NCBI RefSeq assembly: GCF_000012925.1
Contig: NC_007517.1
Location: 480,001 to 512,000 of the forward strand
From: Geobacter metallireducens GS-15
GTDB taxonomy: Bacteria; Desulfobacterota; Desulfuromonadia; Geobacterales; Geobacteraceae
Direction: 5' to 3'
Length of the DNA stretch: 32,000 bases
This document shows, piece after piece, positions 1 through 8,428 of the stretch. The position numbers and the translations under genes were made by a program. How positions within the stretch are numbered: position 1 is the stretch's first letter; each line of letters opens with the position of its first letter. The notes below the pieces were generated by a model. That model saw only the letters and a program-made list of their open reading frames with translations. It did not search any database and was not told the origin of the DNA.

Positions 1-228
1 AACGGCAACTTCCTCATCGAGGGGCGGCGCAACGTGAAGGTGAACAACGAGGACCAGATCATCATCCTCCAGGGGACCGTGCGTCCCCGGGACGTGTCGC
101 CGGACAACACGGTCAATTCCAGCCTCATCGCCGATGCCCGCATCACCTACACCGGCGAGGGGGTCATCAGCGACCGGCAGCGGCCGGGGTGGTTGATGAA
201 TTTCCTTGACTATATCTGGCCGTTTTAA
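1..228 (+). CDS. flgH: Flagellar L-ring protein FlgH, C-terminal fragment (5' end outside window)
   Basis: Frame 1 is open from nt 1 (NGNFLIEGRRNVKVNNEDQIIILQGTVRPRDVSPDNTVNSSLIADARITYTGEG...). This matches the conserved FlgH C-terminus, and the ORF lies directly upstream of flgI. Confidence 0.85.
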   Translation, partial: NGNFLIEGRRNVKVNNEDQIIILQGTVRPRDVSPDNTVNSSLIADARITYTGEGVISDRQRPGWLMNFLDYIWPF

Positions 229-233
229 CGGCC

Positions 234-297
234 GGGACTAGGGACCGGGGACCAGGGACCAGGAAAACCAGCGTCCCGGATCACGGATCACGGATCA
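234..297 (+). repeat. Direct heptad repeat array: 4 x GGGACYN (234-261), a 15-nt spacer, then 3 x CGGATCA (277-297)
   Basis: Read directly from the sequence: gggacta gggaccg gggacca gggacca gg ... cggatca cggatca cggatca. It lies in the flgH-flgI intergenic region. Confidence 0.6.
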
Positions 298-302
298 CTA
301 CT

Positions 303-1400
303 ATGATTAAACGAATTATCTCCATAGTGTTTCTCCTCCTTACCCTTCCCCAGCTGGCCCTGGCGGTCCGGATCAAGGACATCGCCAGCTTCGACGGGGT
401 GCGGGAGAACCAGCTCATCGGCTACGGCCTTGTGGTGGGGCTCAACGGCACCGGCGACAGCGACCAGACCAACTTCCCGGTCCAGTCCCTGGCGAACGTG
501 CTGGAGCGGATGGGGGTCACGGTGAACCGCAACGACATCACCGTGAAGAACGTGGCCGCCGTCATGGTGACCGCCAATCTTCCCCCCTTTGCCAAGCAGG
601 GGACCCGCATCGACACCCTCGTGTCATCCATGGGCGACGCCAAGAGCATCGCCGGCGGCACCCTCCTCATGACACCCCTCAAGGGTGCCGACGGCCGGGT
701 CTACGCCGTGGCCCAAGGGGGGGTGCTGACCAACTCCTTCTCCTACGGGGGGCAGGCGGCGTCGGCCCAGAAGAACCACCCCACGGCGGGACGCGTCCCC
801 AATGGCGGCCTGGTGGAACTGGAGCTTCCCAACGTGCTGTCCGATCGGGGGCAGCTCCGCCTCAACCTCCATCAGCCCGACTTCACCACCGCCACCCGCA
901 TCGCCCAGGCAGTGAACGAGCGGTTCAAGGGGGGCGTTGCCGCGGCCACCGACCCCGGCGCGGTCATGATGAACCTGCCTGAAGCCTACAAGGGACGGGT
1001 CGTGGAGTTCGTGGCCGACATGGAGCGCCTGGAAGTGCGTCCCGATGCCATGGCCAAGGTGGTCCTCAACGAGCGGACCGGCACCATCGTCATCGGCGAT
1101 AATGTCAGAATTTCGACAGTGGCCGTTTCCCACGGGAACCTCACCCTCTACATCAAGGAGACCCCCAAGGTCTCCCAACCCGCGCCCTTCAGCAAGACCG
1201 GCGAAACCGTCGTGGTCCCGCGCACCGAGATCAAGGTGAACGAGGGGGGCGGCGGGCTCGCCGTGGTGAAGGAGGGGGCCAGCATTGGCGAGGTGGTCCG
1301 GGCCCTCAATGCCCTCGGCGTGACGCCCCGGGATCTGATCGGCATCCTCCAGGCCATCAAGGCCGCCGGGGCCATGCAGGCCGAGGTGGAAGTGATTTAG
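303..1400 (+). CDS. flgI: Flagellar P-ring protein FlgI (signal peptide present)
   Basis: 365-aa ORF. It has an N-terminal hydrophobic signal (IISIVFLLLTLPQLALA) followed by RIKDIASFDGVRENQLIGYGLVVGLNGTGD, and ends in GVTPRDLIGILQAIKAAGAMQAEVEVI. These are canonical FlgI motifs. Confidence 0.95.
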   Translation: MIKRIISIVFLLLTLPQLALAVRIKDIASFDGVRENQLIGYGLVVGLNGTGDSDQTNFPVQSLANVLERMGVTVNRNDITVKNVAAVMVTANLPPFAKQGTRIDTLVSSMGDAKSIAGGTLLMTPLKGADGRVYAVAQGGVLTNSFSYGGQAASAQKNHPTAGRVPNGGLVELELPNVLSDRGQLRLNLHQPDFTTATRIAQAVNERFKGGVAAATDPGAVMMNLPEAYKGRVVEFVADMERLEVRPDAMAKVVLNERTGTIVIGDNVRISTVAVSHGNLTLYIKETPKVSQPAPFSKTGETVVVPRTEIKVNEGGGGLAVVKEGASIGEVVRALNALGVTPRDLIGILQAIKAAGAMQAEVEVI

Positions 1401-1412
1401 AGGCCGGAACCT

Positions 1413-1476
1413 GGGATCGGGGACCAGGGACCAGGAAAGGCATTTACCGGTCCCGGATCCCCGGTCCCTGGTCCCG
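1413..1476 (+). repeat. Inverted heptad-repeat hairpin: 3 x GGGAYCN (1413-1433) facing 4 inverted copies (1449-1476)
   Basis: 1420-1435 (gggaccagggaccagg) can pair with 1460-1475 (cccggtccctggtccc), giving 16 bp with 1 mismatch and a 24-nt loop. The heptad unit is the same as at 234-297. There is no clear U-tract. Confidence 0.6.
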
Positions 1477-1483
1477 GTCTGTT

Positions 1484-1499
1484 TGGCATGCAACATGCT
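1484..1499 (+). promoter_or_regulatory. Candidate sigma-54 (RpoN) promoter upstream of flgJ-flgM-flgN-flgK-flgL
   Basis: TGGCATGCAACATGCT has GG-N10-GC spacing and matches the TGGCAC-N5-TTGCW consensus well. It lies about 60 nt upstream of the flgJ-like ATG and is embedded in the imperfect palindrome gtttggcatgca...tgcataccaaac. Confidence 0.6.
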
Positions 1500-1560
1500 G
1501 CATACCAAACAGACTTGATTTTTTGCTCAAGTTTTCACGGTTTTTGTCGAAAGGAAGAGT

Positions 1561-1926
1561 ATGCAGACCTCCATTTCTCCCGATACCCTCGTTCAGGAGA
1601 GCGATGCCTCCCGCGCCCGGCAACTGGCGGCCCGGAAAGACAACGCCAAGGCTGCCCGTAAGGTGGCCCAGGAGTTCGAGGCCATGTTCGTCGGCATGAT
1701 GCTCAAGTCGATGCGCGAGACCGTGGGGAAAGACAAGCTCACCGGCGGCGGCAAGGGGGAAGAGATGTTCCAGTCGATGCTCGACCAGGAGTACTCCACC
1801 GCCATTGCCACGAGCCAGGGGGGAATCGGGCTTGCCTCCATGATCGAGAAGCAGCTTGTGCGGGAGGCGGCGCCCCGCGGCGAAAAAACGCCGGTTACGG
1901 TTTTGAAAGGTAGAGAGAAGAAATGA
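1561..1926 (+). CDS. flgJ: Rod-binding protein (FlgJ N-terminal-domain-only type, no muramidase domain)
   Basis: 121 aa. The segment AQEFEAMFVGMMLKSMRETV...EEMFQSMLDQEYSTAIA is the rod-binding domain signature. An RBS (aaggaaga) lies upstream, and the stop overlaps the flgM start (ATGA). Confidence 0.85.
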   Translation: MQTSISPDTLVQESDASRARQLAARKDNAKAARKVAQEFEAMFVGMMLKSMRETVGKDKLTGGGKGEEMFQSMLDQEYSTAIATSQGGIGLASMIEKQLVREAAPRGEKTPVTVLKGREKK

Positions 1927-2216
1927 CTGCAATCAACGATATTGTATCCCTTTCCAGCACCGCCGCCATGCGTCCTGCAACCGGGGAGAAGCAGGCCAAG
2001 CCTGTGCAGGCTCCCGCCGCCGGAACGGTCCAGTCCTCCGACCGGGTTGAGCTTTCCCTCGGCAAGGTGCAGGTGGAGCGGCTGAAGGAGATCGCTCCGG
2101 CGGAAGAAACCGTTCGCACCGACCGGGTTGCTGCCTTGAAACAGCAGGTGGCCGGCGGCTCCTACACGGTCGACAGCAGGCTTGTGGCCGGCAAGATGCT
2201 GGCCCTGTTCCGCTAG
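1923..2216 (+). CDS. flgM: Anti-sigma-28 factor FlgM
   Basis: 97 aa with the C-terminal segment RTDRVAALKQQVAGGSYTVDSRLVAGKMLALF, typical of FlgM. Its position between flgJ and flgN fits. Confidence 0.8.
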   Translation: MTAINDIVSLSSTAAMRPATGEKQAKPVQAPAAGTVQSSDRVELSLGKVQVERLKEIAPAEETVRTDRVAALKQQVAGGSYTVDSRLVAGKMLALFR

Positions 2217-2233
2217 GACGACGGAGGAGACGA

Positions 2234-2731
2234 ATGTCACAAGGAATGACGAATCTGGCGGATGTGCTCCACGCCCGCAGGGCGAGCATGGAGGAAATGA
2301 TCCGGCTTCTGGCGGAAGAGCGGGAGGCAACCATCAGTTGCGATACCGAGCGACTCCACGAGGCAACGGCACGCAAGCTGGAGGTGGCCGCCGCCATGGA
2401 AGTGCTCGACGGCAACTGCCGCCAGCTCATGGCCAACGAGGCGGAGCGCCTCGGCCTGCCGGCTAATGCAACCCTCTCTCCCATTATCGCCAGGAGCGCC
2501 CCTGCCGAACAGGCTGAACTCACCGCGCTGCAGAAGAAGATTGCGTTCCTTGCTGGCGAGATTCGGCAATTGGTGGACGACAACCGGCGGTTCCTGGGGA
2601 ACTCCATCGCCACCATCAACCGCTCTCTCGCCTTTTTCCAGAGCCGCTTCACGGTTTCCGAGACCTACGGCGGCTCCGGGCAGATGGTGGAGCGGGGTGC
2701 CAACTCCAGTTTACTCCGCAGGGAGATCTAA
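2234..2731 (+). CDS. flgN: FlgN-family flagellar export chaperone
   Basis: 165-aa helical protein immediately upstream of flgK/flgL, with RBS ggaggag. The call rests on FlgN-like length and context rather than a strong motif. Confidence 0.65.
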   Translation: MSQGMTNLADVLHARRASMEEMIRLLAEEREATISCDTERLHEATARKLEVAAAMEVLDGNCRQLMANEAERLGLPANATLSPIIARSAPAEQAELTALQKKIAFLAGEIRQLVDDNRRFLGNSIATINRSLAFFQSRFTVSETYGGSGQMVERGANSSLLRREI

Positions 2732-2734
2732 CCC

Positions 2735-4168
2735 ATGGCCATACAGAGCATCCTCGACATCGGCAAGTCCAGCCTGATTGCCCAACGGCTCGCCCTTGAG
2801 GTGACGAGCGAGAATATCACCAACGTCAATACTCCCGGCTATTCGCGGCAGACAACGGTTCTCGCGACGGGAATCACGACCATGGAGCGCGGGTTTCCCA
2901 TGGGAACCGGCGTCAAGGTGGCGGATATCCAGCGGGCCTACGACGCCTTTCTGCAGTCGCAACTCTCCAAAGAGAATACCGATAACGGTTTCGGTACGGC
3001 GGTTCTCTCCTCCATGAAGCGGACCGAACAACTCTTCAATGATTTAACCACCGACGGCCTTGGTAAGGCGATGCAGAACTTCTTCAACGCCTGGCAGGAC
3101 CTCACCGCCAACCCCCAGGGGCAGCCCGAGCGTCAGGCGGTTCTTTCTATGGGACAGCAGCTGGTGGACCAGTTTCAGCGGATCAATGGCTACCTCAACG
3201 ATGTGAAGAACGAGGCCAACAAATCCCTTGAAGGGCTCACTTCGGACGTTAACGACAAAATCGGTCAAATCGCCTCGCTGAACGACCAGATCAAGCAGAT
3301 CGAGATCCAGGGGGGGCATGCGAACGAGTTGCGTGACCAGCGCGATCTCCTTGTGCGCCAGCTGTCATCGAAGGTCGGGATCACCTATGTGGAAAACGGC
3401 GACGGGACTCTGAGCGTTAGCCTTACTCTCGGGCAGCCGCTGGTCATTGGCGACAAGGCGGCAAAACTTTCCCTTGAGCCCGATCCAGGCAACTCCAGTT
3501 ACTACAAGATCATGGCTACCTCCCCCGGCGGCAATACCGCGGTGGATATCAGCACCATTGCCGGAGGACCCGGCAACGCCCAGGGAGAGATGGGGGGGGC
3601 GCTTCAAGTTCGGGATACGCTCATCAACGGCTTTCTCTCCGACCTGGACGAACTGGCGTACAACCTCGCGAACGAGGTGAACAGTGTTCACTCGGCCAGT
3701 TACGGCCTCACCGGCACTACGGGACTAAACTTTTTTAATCCTCCTGCTGCGATGGCTGGCTACAGCGGCAAGGGGGGGATTTCTCTCGCCATCTCAAAGA
3801 CCTCTGACGTCGCTGCCGCCGACAGCGATCCTCTAACCGGCGGCACCGGCAACAACAAGAGTGCCTCCAGTATCGCCAGCATTTATGACAAGGTTCTGGC
3901 TACCTCGGGTGGCAATTTGACGCTGGAGGGATTCTTCAACTCCCTAGTCGGCAAGGTGGGAGTGTCGGTGCAGGATGCAACCCGCAGGGCTGACCAGTCG
4001 GGCGGAATCCTTAAGCAGCTCGACAATCTGCGCGAGTCCAATTCCGGCGTCTCCCTCGACGAAGAGTTGGCCAACTTGGTCAAGTATCAGAAGGCCTATG
4101 AAGGGGCCGCCAAGCTGATCAATGTCGGTTCGGACATGATGGACACCATCCTCGGCCTCATCCGTTAG
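2735..4168 (+). CDS. flgK: Flagellar hook-associated protein 1 FlgK
   Basis: 477 aa. The N-terminus (LDIGKSSLIAQRLALEVTSENITNVNTPGYSRQ) and C-terminus (SGVSLDEELANLVKYQKAYEGAAKLINVGSDMMDTILGL) are canonical FlgK. Confidence 0.95.
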   Translation: MAIQSILDIGKSSLIAQRLALEVTSENITNVNTPGYSRQTTVLATGITTMERGFPMGTGVKVADIQRAYDAFLQSQLSKENTDNGFGTAVLSSMKRTEQLFNDLTTDGLGKAMQNFFNAWQDLTANPQGQPERQAVLSMGQQLVDQFQRINGYLNDVKNEANKSLEGLTSDVNDKIGQIASLNDQIKQIEIQGGHANELRDQRDLLVRQLSSKVGITYVENGDGTLSVSLTLGQPLVIGDKAAKLSLEPDPGNSSYYKIMATSPGGNTAVDISTIAGGPGNAQGEMGGALQVRDTLINGFLSDLDELAYNLANEVNSVHSASYGLTGTTGLNFFNPPAAMAGYSGKGGISLAISKTSDVAAADSDPLTGGTGNNKSASSIASIYDKVLATSGGNLTLEGFFNSLVGKVGVSVQDATRRADQSGGILKQLDNLRESNSGVSLDEELANLVKYQKAYEGAAKLINVGSDMMDTILGLIR

Positions 4169-4209
4169 TATTGGAGCGAGATCAAGACTCGGGAACGGAG
4201 ACCCATATT

Positions 4210-5094
4210 ATGCGTGTAACCCAGAACACTACGGCTAACCTCGTCACCAACAACCTCCAGACCATCCGCAAGAGGACCGAGGATCTGCAACAGCAGGCCT
4301 CCACTGGCTACAAGGTCAGTACGGCCAGCGACGATCCGGTGACGGCCCAGCAGATTCTCCACATGAAATCACTCATGACCGCTGGCGATCAGTATGCCCG
4401 CAACATTTCAAATGGCATTGCCTGGCTCACCATGAGCGAGGGAGCCATGTCTGAGCTGGGTAACGTCATTACGCGGGCCAAGGAGCTTGCTGTGGCGATG
4501 TCGAGCGAAACCAATAACGCCAACTCTCGGGCTGCTGCCGTTAATGAGTTCAAGGAACTCAAGGCCCAGATCATCACCCTCGGCAACACCCAGCTTAACG
4601 GCAGATACATCTTCGGCGGCTTCAAGAACGATACCCCTCCCTTCGATGCGTCGGGGAACTTTAACGGCACTGACGACGCCATCATGGTGGAGGTGGACCG
4701 GGGTTCTTCCGTACAGATGAACTATTCCGGGGGGCAGTTGATCCGCGGAACCGGCGGGGGAACTGACATTATTTCCAGCCTCGACAATATCATCAATGCA
4801 CTGGGTGCTGATAATACCAGTGGCGTCCAGGCAGAGCTGTCGACTTTGGATAACGCCTTGGGGCAGGTGCTCGCAACCCGTACCGATCTCGGCGCTCGGA
4901 TGAGCCATTTTAATGCGGCTAATAATATCGTCAACGACATGAAGCTGAGTCTCACCAAGATTACCTCAGACAAGCAGGATATAGATCTGATGCAGGTCAT
5001 CAGCGATCTATCCAAGCAGCAGACGGCATATCAGGCGGCAGTGGCTGCTTCGGCAAAGGTTTCACAGGTTTCGCTTCTCGACTACCTCAGGTAA
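4210..5094 (+). CDS. flgL: Flagellar hook-associated protein 3 FlgL
   Basis: MRVTQNTTANLVTNNLQ... at the N-terminus and a flagellin-like C-terminus (DIDLMQVISDLSKQQTAYQAAVAASAKVSQVSLLDYL). I prefer the ATG at 4210 (ggag RBS about 9 nt upstream) over the TTG at 4171 in the ORF track. Confidence 0.9.
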   Translation: MRVTQNTTANLVTNNLQTIRKRTEDLQQQASTGYKVSTASDDPVTAQQILHMKSLMTAGDQYARNISNGIAWLTMSEGAMSELGNVITRAKELAVAMSSETNNANSRAAAVNEFKELKAQIITLGNTQLNGRYIFGGFKNDTPPFDASGNFNGTDDAIMVEVDRGSSVQMNYSGGQLIRGTGGGTDIISSLDNIINALGADNTSGVQAELSTLDNALGQVLATRTDLGARMSHFNAANNIVNDMKLSLTKITSDKQDIDLMQVISDLSKQQTAYQAAVAASAKVSQVSLLDYLR

Positions 5095-5122
5095 GAGGGG
5101 GAGCGCCAGGAGGGCACAATTT

Positions 5123-5359
5123 ATGCTGGTATTAACGAGAAAAATGGGCGAAACGATCACTATCGGCGATCAGATCAGGATCAAGGTGGTGGAGATGAAG
5201 GGGAACCAGGTGCGGCTCGGCATCGAGGCTCCCGGCGACATGCGCATCTACCGGGAGGAGATCTACCTCAAGGTCCAGAAGGAAAACCAACTGGCGGCCG
5301 CCTGGAGCCTGGAAGACCTTGAGAGTGCAGTCAACTTTGCCGGTGCCGGGAAGGAGTAA
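5123..5359 (+). CDS. csrA: Carbon storage regulator / translational repressor CsrA
   Basis: MLVLTRKMGETITIGDQIRIKVVEMKGNQVRLGIEAPGDMRIYREEIY is an unmistakable CsrA sequence. An RBS (aggaggg) lies upstream. Confidence 0.95.
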   Translation: MLVLTRKMGETITIGDQIRIKVVEMKGNQVRLGIEAPGDMRIYREEIYLKVQKENQLAAAWSLEDLESAVNFAGAGKE

Positions 5360-5827
<468 letters not shown>

Positions 5828-5859
5828 CCCGTGGCGTGGCTGCCGGCCTGTTGATGAGA

Positions 5860-5889
5860 GCCTCTCGACGCCCGTCGGGAGGCTTTTTT
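5860..5889 (+). terminator. Intrinsic terminator after fliW
   Basis: gcctctcgac-gccc-gtcgggaggc forms a 10-bp stem (one G-U pair) followed by tttttt. Confidence 0.65.
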
Positions 5890-5919
5890 GCAAAAAATCA
5901 GTAAATGTAATTTTTTTTC

Positions 5920-5946
5920 TAAAGTTTTTTTTGCCCCTGCCGATAA
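5920..5946 (+). promoter_or_regulatory. Sigma-28 (FliA) promoter of fliC
   Basis: TAAA (5920-5923), a 15-nt spacer, then GCCGATAA (5939-5946). This is a perfect match to the TAAA-N15-GCCGATAA consensus. Confidence 0.85.
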
Positions 5947-6040
5947 CGTTACCAAGAGCAGCAAGCGTGAGGGAAACCTCGCCGGCCACCGCCGGGGCCC
6001 AGGCGGAAAATGGCAAGATCGACCTAACGCACACCTTAAA

Positions 6041-6075
6041 GGGGTACGGAAACCCCAAAACAATCTCACGGAGGA
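6041..6075 (+). promoter_or_regulatory. Candidate CsrA binding sites in the fliC 5' leader: hairpin with ACGGAA loop, plus a site overlapping the Shine-Dalgarno
   Basis: ggggt-ACGGAA-acccc (6041-6056) presents GGA in a hairpin loop. cACGGAGGA (6067-6075) overlaps the RBS 9 nt upstream of the ATG. A third hairpin, gagg-GAAA-cctc, lies at 5969-5980. Confidence 0.5.
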
Positions 6076-6083
6076 TTTACACC

Positions 6084-6911
6084 ATGGCACTCACAGTCAA
6101 CACCAACGTCGCATCCCTCAACGCCCAACGCAACCTCGCTTCGACCCAGGTATCCCTCAACCAGTCCCTGCAGCGCCTTTCTTCCGGCCTCCGGATCAAT
6201 AGCGCCGCCGACGACGCCGCCGGTCTCGCCATTTCCGAGGGGATGAAGGCGAAGATCCGCTCCATGAACCAGGCCGTCCGTAACGCCAACGACGGTGTGT
6301 CTCTTGTGCAGACCGCTGAAGGCGCCCTGAACGAAGTGAGCAACATCCTGGGCCGGATGCGCGAACTTTCTACCCAGGCCGCAACCGGCACCCTGACCAC
6401 CGCTCAGCGTTCCTACATCAACGGTGAATTCCAGCAACTCAGGTCGGAGATTACCCGTATTGCCGCTGCCACCACGTTCAACGGCACGAACCTTCTCAGC
6501 TCCGCCAAGACCATCAAGATTCAGATCGGTACCGGCAACAGCTCCTTTGACAAGCTTTCCATTGCCCTGAGCTCCATGAACGCAAGTAACGCACTGCTCG
6601 TTAGGGGCAGCATCGGTGGTGCCAGCGGTGGTATTGCCCAAGCCATGCTCGCAACCCTAGACACGGCGATCGACAAGGTTTCCAAGACCCGCGCTGGCCT
6701 CGGTGCCATCCAGAACCGCCTCCAGTCCACCATCAACAACCTGCAGGTTGCCGTGGAGAATACCTCGGCTGCACAATCCCGGATTGCCGACGCCGATATC
6801 GCGTCGGAAACCGCTGCCATGACTCGTGCCAATATCTTGACTCAGGCAGGCACCTCTATTCTGGCACAAGCCAACCAGGCTCCGCAGACAGCTTTGAGCC
6901 TGCTTCGCTAA
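6084..6911 (+). CDS. fliC: Flagellin (short, about 275 aa, D0/D1-only type)
   Basis: MALTVNTNVASLNAQRNL...LRINSAADDAAGLAISE...GAIQNRLQSTINNL...QAPQTALSLLR. I use the ATG at 6084 with RBS ggagga. The upstream in-frame extension to 5784 in the ORF track runs through the terminator and promoter, so I treat it as an artefact. Confidence 0.95.
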   Translation: MALTVNTNVASLNAQRNLASTQVSLNQSLQRLSSGLRINSAADDAAGLAISEGMKAKIRSMNQAVRNANDGVSLVQTAEGALNEVSNILGRMRELSTQAATGTLTTAQRSYINGEFQQLRSEITRIAAATTFNGTNLLSSAKTIKIQIGTGNSSFDKLSIALSSMNASNALLVRGSIGGASGGIAQAMLATLDTAIDKVSKTRAGLGAIQNRLQSTINNLQVAVENTSAAQSRIADADIASETAAMTRANILTQAGTSILAQANQAPQTALSLLR

Positions 6912-6935
6912 AACACGTTGACACTGCAGTAGTAA

Positions 6936-6969
6936 AGAGGGGTGGGCTTTGTTCCCCCCCCTCTTTTTT
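6936..6969 (+). terminator. Intrinsic terminator of fliC (its T-tract is the IS target site)
   Basis: agaggggtggg-ctttgtt-cccccccctct forms an 11-bp stem (1 mismatch) followed by a T-run at 6964-6969. Confidence 0.7.
6962..6969. repeat. Target-site duplication, left copy (tctttttt)
   Basis: Identical 8-mers directly abut both IS ends. An 8-bp duplication is typical of the ISL3 family. Confidence 0.85.
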
Positions 6970-8295
6970 GGTTCTTCAGGGAATTCCGGGGAAGATTAAT
7001 AAACAACAACGGCAGCACTGCGGTATCTTGATGGTTCCCCAACCAAAAAAGATCGCAGGAGGCTGCCGTTGTCGTATTCCGATGTTATCGCAATTGCGGG
7101 AGGGTGGGAAGGATATCGTGTTGCTGGGACACGCACTATCGTCACAGGTGATGCCAAACGGATCGAGGTAGAACTGATTGCCCTGTCCCAGGATGAGATG
7201 GTGTGTGGCTCGTGCGGCGGGCGTTGCACAAGCGTCCATGAAACGACCAAGCGCGTAATTCGAGATTTGCCGATTCTCGATGCTCAGACTTATCTGATCG
7301 TTCACCGCCGCAGGCTGCTGTGCCCTCAGTGTGGGCCAACGCTGGAGCGTCTGTCATGGCTGGCGAAATACGCCCGCGTGACGCGCAGGCTTGCAGAGAG
7401 CGTAGCGCGACTGTGTGGTGTCGTGTCTGTGAAGCACGTGGCGCAGTATCTGGGGCTTTCTTGGGACCAGGTGAAGGAAATCGACAAGCGCTCACTCACA
7501 GAGCGGGTCGGCACCGTCGACCTCTCAAACATCGAAGTTCTCGGGATGGATGAGTTCGCCCTTCACAAGGGGCACCGCTATGCGACGGTTATCATCGAGC
7601 CATACCGTAAGGAAGTCTTATGGATCGGCAAAGGCAGGAGTCGCGAGAGTATCCGTCCTTTCTTCACGCAGCTTGGCCCACATGGCTGTAAACGGCTCAA
7701 AGCGGTCGTGATGGATATGAACGCATCATATGAGGAGGAAATCAAGCAGCACTCGCCCCAGGCAGACATAGTCTACGACCTGTTCCATGTGGTGGCGAAG
7801 TATGGCAGGGAAGTGATCGACAGGGTGCGAGTCGATGAGGCAAACCGCCTGAAGGAAGACAAGAAGGCACGGAAGGTAGTCAAAACATCGCGGTGGTTGC
7901 TGCTACGAAACAGCGAGAACGTCAAGGGCGACGACATGCTTCGCCTCCAGGAACTGTTGGAGGCAAACCGCAGCCTCCTTACGGTCTACCTGCTCAAAGA
8001 CGATCTGAAGCAACTGTGGAAGTTTACCTGCATTGAAGAGGCGGGACTATTCTGGGAGCAGTGGCACCAAAGGGCGATGGAGAGTGGAATACCGCCACTC
8101 ATCCTGTTTGCCCGCCGGCTAAAGGGCTATCTCCAAGGAATCCTCAACCACTGCCTCTGGCCCCTTCACACCGGAATCCTCGAAGGCATCAATAACAAGA
8201 TCAAGGTGATCAAAAGAATGGCCTACGGCTTCCGGGATCACGAATACTTCTTTCTCAAGATCAGAGCCGCTTTCCCCGGAATTCCCGGATGAACC
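6970..8295 (+). mobile_element. Complete ISL3-family insertion sequence (1326 bp)
   Basis: IRL is ggttcttcagggaattccggggaag (6970-6994). The reverse complement of IRR (8271-8295) is ggttcatccgggaattccggggaaa, giving 22/25 identity. The element holds a single transposase ORF and is flanked by the 8-bp direct repeat tctttttt (6962-6969 and 8296-8303). Confidence 0.9.
7069..8292 (+). CDS. ISL3-family DDE transposase
   Basis: 407 aa with a TTG start after RBS gcaggagg. It has an N-terminal zinc-finger region (CGSCGG...CPQCG). The motifs LGMDEFALHKGHRYATV, VVMDMNASY, DLFHVV and EGINNKIKVIKRMAYGFRD are characteristic of ISL3 transposases. Confidence 0.9.
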   Translation: MSYSDVIAIAGGWEGYRVAGTRTIVTGDAKRIEVELIALSQDEMVCGSCGGRCTSVHETTKRVIRDLPILDAQTYLIVHRRRLLCPQCGPTLERLSWLAKYARVTRRLAESVARLCGVVSVKHVAQYLGLSWDQVKEIDKRSLTERVGTVDLSNIEVLGMDEFALHKGHRYATVIIEPYRKEVLWIGKGRSRESIRPFFTQLGPHGCKRLKAVVMDMNASYEEEIKQHSPQADIVYDLFHVVAKYGREVIDRVRVDEANRLKEDKKARKVVKTSRWLLLRNSENVKGDDMLRLQELLEANRSLLTVYLLKDDLKQLWKFTCIEEAGLFWEQWHQRAMESGIPPLILFARRLKGYLQGILNHCLWPLHTGILEGINNKIKVIKRMAYGFRDHEYFFLKIRAAFPGIPG

Positions 8296-8303
8296 TCTTT
8301 TTT
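8296..8303. repeat. Target-site duplication, right copy (tctttttt)
   Basis: Same as the left copy. Confidence 0.85.
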
Positions 8304-8313
8304 TTGCCGTCAT

Positions 8314-8340
8314 TAAAGTTTTTGCTGCTGTTGCCGATAA
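8314..8340 (+). promoter_or_regulatory. Sigma-28 (FliA) promoter of fliD-fliS
   Basis: TAAA (8314-8317), a 15-nt spacer, then GCCGATAA (8333-8340). This is a perfect consensus match, 19 nt downstream of the IS end. Confidence 0.85.
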
Positions 8341-8428
8341 GATAGATAAAGGGAATCATGGGCAATAGATGGAAAGGGTCCCTGTGTTTGGCGCGGGAAT
8401 TGCTTTCCATTGTTTGGGAGGAAAAGCC

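Noticed and set aside
1527-1553. Sigma-28-like match TCAA-N15-GTCGAAAG upstream of flgJ/flgM
   Set aside because: Only 5/8 of the -10 element matches. The predicted start would fall on or past the RBS and ATG at 1561, making a leaderless transcript. The sigma-54 site at 1484 explains the region better.
624-2652. Long antisense or alternative-frame ORFs over flgI, flgJ, flgM and flgN (e.g. 624-1508 -, 1593-2330 -, 1933-2652 -)
   Set aside because: These are shadow ORFs typical of high-GC coding DNA. Their translations are Arg/Gly/Pro/Ala-rich and low in complexity, and they overlap genes with unmistakable flagellar signatures.
6968-7305. Small ORFs at the left end of the IS (6968-7171 +, 6976-7305 -, 6996-7250 -)
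   Set aside because: They overlap the IS terminal repeat and the transposase 5' region, have no RBS, and are not a known ISL3 feature. ISL3 elements encode a single transposase.
6970-8295. Idea that the IS disrupts a flagellar gene and renders the strain non-motile
   Set aside because: The insertion is strictly intergenic. The fliC ORF and terminator hairpin are intact, as are the fliD promoter and ORF. Only polar or read-through effects are conceivable.
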